Of a stretch of DNA of 64,000 nt, positions 60,793 to 64,000 are shown piece by piece; position 1 is the stretch's first letter; each line of letters starts with the position of its first letter. The DNA is from an uncultured Actinomycetota bacterium (lineage in GTDB: Bacteria; Actinomycetota; UBA4738; HRBIN12), in NCBI GenBank assembly GCA_963746335.1, contig CAVVAK010000009.1, positions 244,157 to 308,156 of the forward strand, read 5' to 3'. Made by a program: the position numbers and the translations under genes. The notes under the pieces were generated by a model. It did no database searches and had not been told where the DNA came from. It was given only the letters and a program-made list of their open reading frames with translations.

Positions 60793-62898
60793 GTGCCTGC
60801 CGACCTCCTTCCCGAGGTGCTGCTCGCGTTCGCTTATGTGCTCGTGCCCGGCTCGGGCCTCTGTCTCGCGGTTCGGCTCGCGGCCGGCAGGTCCTTCGTC
60901 ACCTTCCTCGCGCTCTCGTTCGGGCTCGGATACGCGAGCGTGAGTCTCGCGGCATCGGTACTGGTCGTCCTCGGCGTCTTCCGCCCCGTGACCTTCGGGG
61001 TGGCGTGGTTCGCTCTGAGCGGCGTGGCATGGGTGGTCGCGTTCCGTGGCCGCTCTCTGGGCAGGCAGGTGGAAAGCTGGCTGCGTCACGCGCTCGCCGA
61101 TCCGTGGACGACGGCGGGGGTCTCGCTCACCTTGATCGGCGTGAGCATCGCGAGGCTGACGATCGACCCGCTCGCGAACCTCGCGCCGACGGTGCTTCGG
61201 TACTGGGCGGACGGACTCCAGATCGCCGATGCGGGGCAGATCCCAACCGGCACCCTGCAATGGGGGACCATCCTCCAGCCGACGGCCAGCAAGGTGGTCC
61301 TCGACGCGTTCAACGCCGGTGCTTCGCTGTTCCTGGGACGGGACCCGCTCACCGCATCCGGGGCACTGCTCGTGGTGGTCTCTCTCGGCCTCGTGATCGT
61401 CACGATCGGGTTGCTGGCCGAGCTGGGGATGAGGCGGCTCGCTGCGGCGGGAGCGCTGATCCTGTTCGTCGACCGAGTGATCCCGTTCGACCTGACCACC
61501 GATCTCGATGCCAACGTCGCGGAGAACTGGGGCCGGTTGGTTGTCCTCTCGGCGGTGCTCGCATCGGTGCTGGCGCTTCGGACCGCGCTCGGGCGCGAGG
61601 AGGGATCCAGGTCGGCAGGGGTTCCGGCGCCGGATCGGAACCACTCCGCTCCGATCGTGGCCGGGGTCCTTCTGGGAGCGGCAGCCGGCACACATCTGGT
61701 GGCGACATCGTTCGGGCTGGCCGCCCTGTGCGCTCTCGCGCTCGCATCCGTCGTGTTCGGGAGATCGATCAGGGACGTGGTCGCGCGGACGGGAGCGATC
61801 GTCGGGGTCGCGGTGATCATGGGAGGCACGATCCTGATCTCCGCTCCCGGCGACCTCGGGTTCGAAGGAGCGGTCGACCCCGGGGAGTACCAGAACCTCC
61901 TGGCGGAACTGAGGCTTCCGCCGACCTTCGACCCGACCCGTTTCATCGCAACCCATGATGTGCGGGCCGCGCAGACCCGGCATCCGCTCGGCACGGCTGA
62001 CGTCGCCGAACAATTCGCTTACAAGCTCTTGGGGCGCAGTGCCCTTCGCGTGCGAGCCGGGGAGGGGATCTCACCCTGGCTCCTGATCGGCCCGACGCTT
62101 CTCGCCCTGTCCCTCGCCATCAGCCTGCTGTTGTTCGGTCCTCGGCCGCTTCGCATGGTCTCCGCATGGGCCGTGCTGCTCGGAGGTGCGATCTTCGTCG
62201 TGGGTGTGCTCTTCGCGGTTCGGTACGACCTCTTCGCCCTCGAGTACTTCGGCAACCGACGCCTCTTCAGTTATGCGGCCATCCCGCTCGTCGTCATCGT
62301 GACGGCGGCGGGAGAGATGGCTCTCGGATGGTTGAGGGTGCTCGGGTCGGGGCGGCGCGGCGCATCAATCGTCGGATGCGCGATCGTCCTGACGGTGGCC
62401 GTGGCGCTGATCCCGGGATCCGTTCGAACCCAACACGGGCGGGCGGCAGAGGTCGCGCTGCTCGGATGGGTCGGGCGCACCGTGCCGTGTGAGGGACGCG
62501 TGCTGTCCGATCATCGGACGCTGGGGACGTTCCAGACGCTCACGGGGCACGCAGCCGTGCTGGAAGGGATGGGGCCACACGTCCGGCCGTCGGTGCTGAC
62601 CCTCGCGATCGAGGAGGTCTTCCTCGCCCGCCGGTTCTTCCGAGATCCTCGGAGGGGTCTCCCGTATCTCCGTGAACGGGGGGTGGCTGCGATCGTCGTG
62701 GGCGAGAAGCCAAGGGCCTTCGGCTTCGGCGGTTACTCGATCGCGGCCGACTCATCTGACCGTCTCGACCGCGTGGCGTTCCTTCGACGCGCTTTCGAGA
62801 ACGGTGCGGGCGTCGTGTACCTCGTCGAGGGGTACCGTCCCGATCCGGCGCTTCCCCCGGTCGTCGACCGACCGGGGTTCCGTTGTCACGAACCCTGA
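60793..62898 (+). CDS. large polytopic membrane protein of unknown family
   Basis: 701 aa with a GTG start and more than 12 hydrophobic helices followed by a C-terminal soluble domain. Codon usage is coding-like. Confidence 0.65.
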   Translation: MPADLLPEVLLAFAYVLVPGSGLCLAVRLAAGRSFVTFLALSFGLGYASVSLAASVLVVLGVFRPVTFGVAWFALSGVAWVVAFRGRSLGRQVESWLRHALADPWTTAGVSLTLIGVSIARLTIDPLANLAPTVLRYWADGLQIADAGQIPTGTLQWGTILQPTASKVVLDAFNAGASLFLGRDPLTASGALLVVVSLGLVIVTIGLLAELGMRRLAAAGALILFVDRVIPFDLTTDLDANVAENWGRLVVLSAVLASVLALRTALGREEGSRSAGVPAPDRNHSAPIVAGVLLGAAAGTHLVATSFGLAALCALALASVVFGRSIRDVVARTGAIVGVAVIMGGTILISAPGDLGFEGAVDPGEYQNLLAELRLPPTFDPTRFIATHDVRAAQTRHPLGTADVAEQFAYKLLGRSALRVRAGEGISPWLLIGPTLLALSLAISLLLFGPRPLRMVSAWAVLLGGAIFVVGVLFAVRYDLFALEYFGNRRLFSYAAIPLVVIVTAAGEMALGWLRVLGSGRRGASIVGCAIVLTVAVALIPGSVRTQHGRAAEVALLGWVGRTVPCEGRVLSDHRTLGTFQTLTGHAAVLEGMGPHVRPSVLTLAIEEVFLARRFFRDPRRGLPYLRERGVAAIVVGEKPRAFGFGGYSIAADSSDRLDRVAFLRRAFENGAGVVYLVEGYRPDPALPPVVDRPGFRCHEP

Positions 62899-64000
62899 GT
62901 CAGGGTGGCCAGGGCCTCGAGCACACGATCGACCTCGGCAGGGGTGTGGTAGTGGCAGAAGCCGATCCGGACGGCGCCCCCCGAGTCGAAGAGCCCCAGC
63001 CGGACCATGATCTCCCGCGCGTAGTAGTCGCCGTCCCACACGAAGATCCCCCGCGCCGCGAGGCGCTTCGCCGTCTGTGCCGGATGCTCGTCCTGGACCC
63101 GGATCGCGAACGTCGGCGTTCTCTCGTCCAGCCGAGCCCGATCGGAGATGCCCCAGAGCCGCACACCGGGGAGCCCGTCGATCCCGTCGAGGAAGCGATC
63201 GGCGAGGGTCCGCTCGTGGGTCGCGATCGCGTCGTAGGAGGTCGCGAGACGCTCCCGACGAGGCATGCCGGCCGCGCCCTCGATACCCGCGAGATACTCC
63301 ACGGCGGCCACCAGCCCCGCCAGGCCCTCGTGGTTCTGGGTGCCGGTTTCCCAGCGTTCCGGAGCTCCGTCGGACGCGGGGACCAGCTTGTACGGTGTCC
63401 ACGTTTCGAGGAGGTGGCGCCGCGCCGCGAGGATGCCGAGATGTGGCCCGAAGAACTTGTAGGGAGAGCAGACGAGGAGGTCGGCGCCGAGTCCGTGCAG
63501 ATCCGGGAGCCGGTGCTGTGTCAGATGCACGGCATCGACCGCCACGACGGCGCCGACCTCTTTGGCGAGTGCCACGAGGTCGGCCGCCGGTGGGATCGTG
63601 CCCACCGCGTTGGACGCGAGCGTGAACGCGACGAGCTTCGTCCGCGGCGACAGTGCGGCCGCGAACGAATCGATGTCGATCGTCACGTCGTCCTCGCGGA
63701 CGTCCACCCACCGGACGGTCGCGCCGGCGTCGGCGGCCGCCAGCACCCACGGGCGGACGTTCGCATCGTGATCCAGCCTGGTCACCACGAGCTCGTCGCC
63801 GGGCTGCAGCACCTTCGAGAAGGATCGGGACAGGTGGAAGAGAAGTGTCGTCGCGTTGGGGCCGAACACGATCTCGCCGGGGTCCGCGCCGGTGAGGTCG
63901 GCGGCCGCGCGTCGAGCCTCCGCGATGACGTCGTCCGTCTCCTCGCTCGTCGCGAACACGCCGTGCGTGTTGCTCATCCCTCGTCGGTAATGACCCGAGA
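62886..64000 (-). CDS. class-V aminotransferase / cysteine-desulfurase-like PLP enzyme (5' end beyond the window)
   Basis: NTHGVFATSEE, VVTRLDHDANV, AVDAVH and CSPYKFFGPHLG. The reading frame stays open upstream of the track ATG (..SGHYRRG-MSNTHG) to the window edge, consistent with the family N-terminus being missing. Confidence 0.8.
   Translation of the reverse strand, partial: SGHYRRGMSNTHGVFATSEETDDVIAEARRAAADLTGADPGEIVFGPNATTLLFHLSRSFSKVLQPGDELVVTRLDHDANVRPWVLAAADAGATVRWVDVREDDVTIDIDSFAAALSPRTKLVAFTLASNAVGTIPPAADLVALAKEVGAVVAVDAVHLTQHRLPDLHGLGADLLVCSPYKFFGPHLGILAARRHLLETWTPYKLVPASDGAPERWETGTQNHEGLAGLVAAVEYLAGIEGAAGMPRRERLATSYDAIATHERTLADRFLDGIDGLPGVRLWGISDRARLDERTPTFAIRVQDEHPAQTAKRLAARGIFVWDGDYYAREIMVRLGLFDSGGAVRIGFCHYHTPAEVDRVLEALATLTQGS

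Noticed and set aside
1-64000. Mobile elements, prophage, CRISPR arrays, defence systems (restriction-modification, toxin-antitoxin, Cas, CBASS and others), and rRNA/tRNA genes.
   Set aside because: No transposase, integrase, recombinase, Cas, nuclease-NTPase pairs or short direct-repeat arrays were recognisable. The intergenic regions are short (mostly under 140 nt), and none folds into an obvious cloverleaf.

Overview
Very GC-rich, densely coding chromosomal segment in which overlapping start and stop codons are common. The genome is Gram-positive-type, probably actinobacterial, judged from a PASTA-domain PknB kinase and actinomycete-type phosphofructokinases. I found no rRNA, tRNA, CRISPR array, transposase or integrase.

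Block 1 (about 0.2-29.3 kb) is a one-carbon / methylated-amine oxidation supercluster.
- It carries formate-THF ligase and the N-methylglutamate pathway genes: gmaS, mgsABC, and a sarcosine-oxidase-type four-subunit dehydrogenase in the order delta-alpha-gamma-beta.
- It carries a DUF1989+GcvT protein with the domain architecture of TMAO demethylase (Tdm), and an APC permease.
- It has a complete formate dehydrogenase module: fdhD, a catalytic subunit with an in-frame UGA plus a SECIS-like hairpin, a NuoE-NuoF fusion, a separately encoded Fe-S N-terminal part of FdhA, and mobA.
- Uncharacterised genes sit between these: an ACAD-fold protein lacking the usual catalytic Glu, a PhyH-type dioxygenase, an orphan SoxB-like flavoprotein, a flavin reductase fused to a cNMP-binding domain, a C26 gamma-glutamyl hydrolase and a 144-aa orphan.
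- No tmm, dmmDABC or dimethylamine dehydrogenase is visible, so this gene set is my best candidate for an undescribed dimethylamine-oxidising step.

Block 2 (29.3-46.9 kb) is mixed housekeeping.
- MBL hydrolase, an MFS-cNMP fusion, and a COG2403 / carbamate kinase / EEP operon.
- Tandem ATP-type and PPi-type PFKs, threonine aldolase coupled to a Moco-domain protein, nfo and pknB.
- A TPP riboswitch-thiE-AIR-synthase-like operon, and psuK-psuG.

Block 3 (46.9-62.9 kb) is an envelope glycosylation island.
- Its core is an operon of UDP-sulfoquinovose synthase, a membrane-anchored GT2 of polyprenyl-phosphate-sugar-synthase type, and a polytopic membrane protein.
- It also holds five more large polytopic (GT-C-like) proteins, including a tandem duplicate pair.
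- A frameshifted phospholipase-C-like lipoprotein gene and a CxPxR sulfatase complete it.

All calls come from reading the translations and the DNA. No database search was run.
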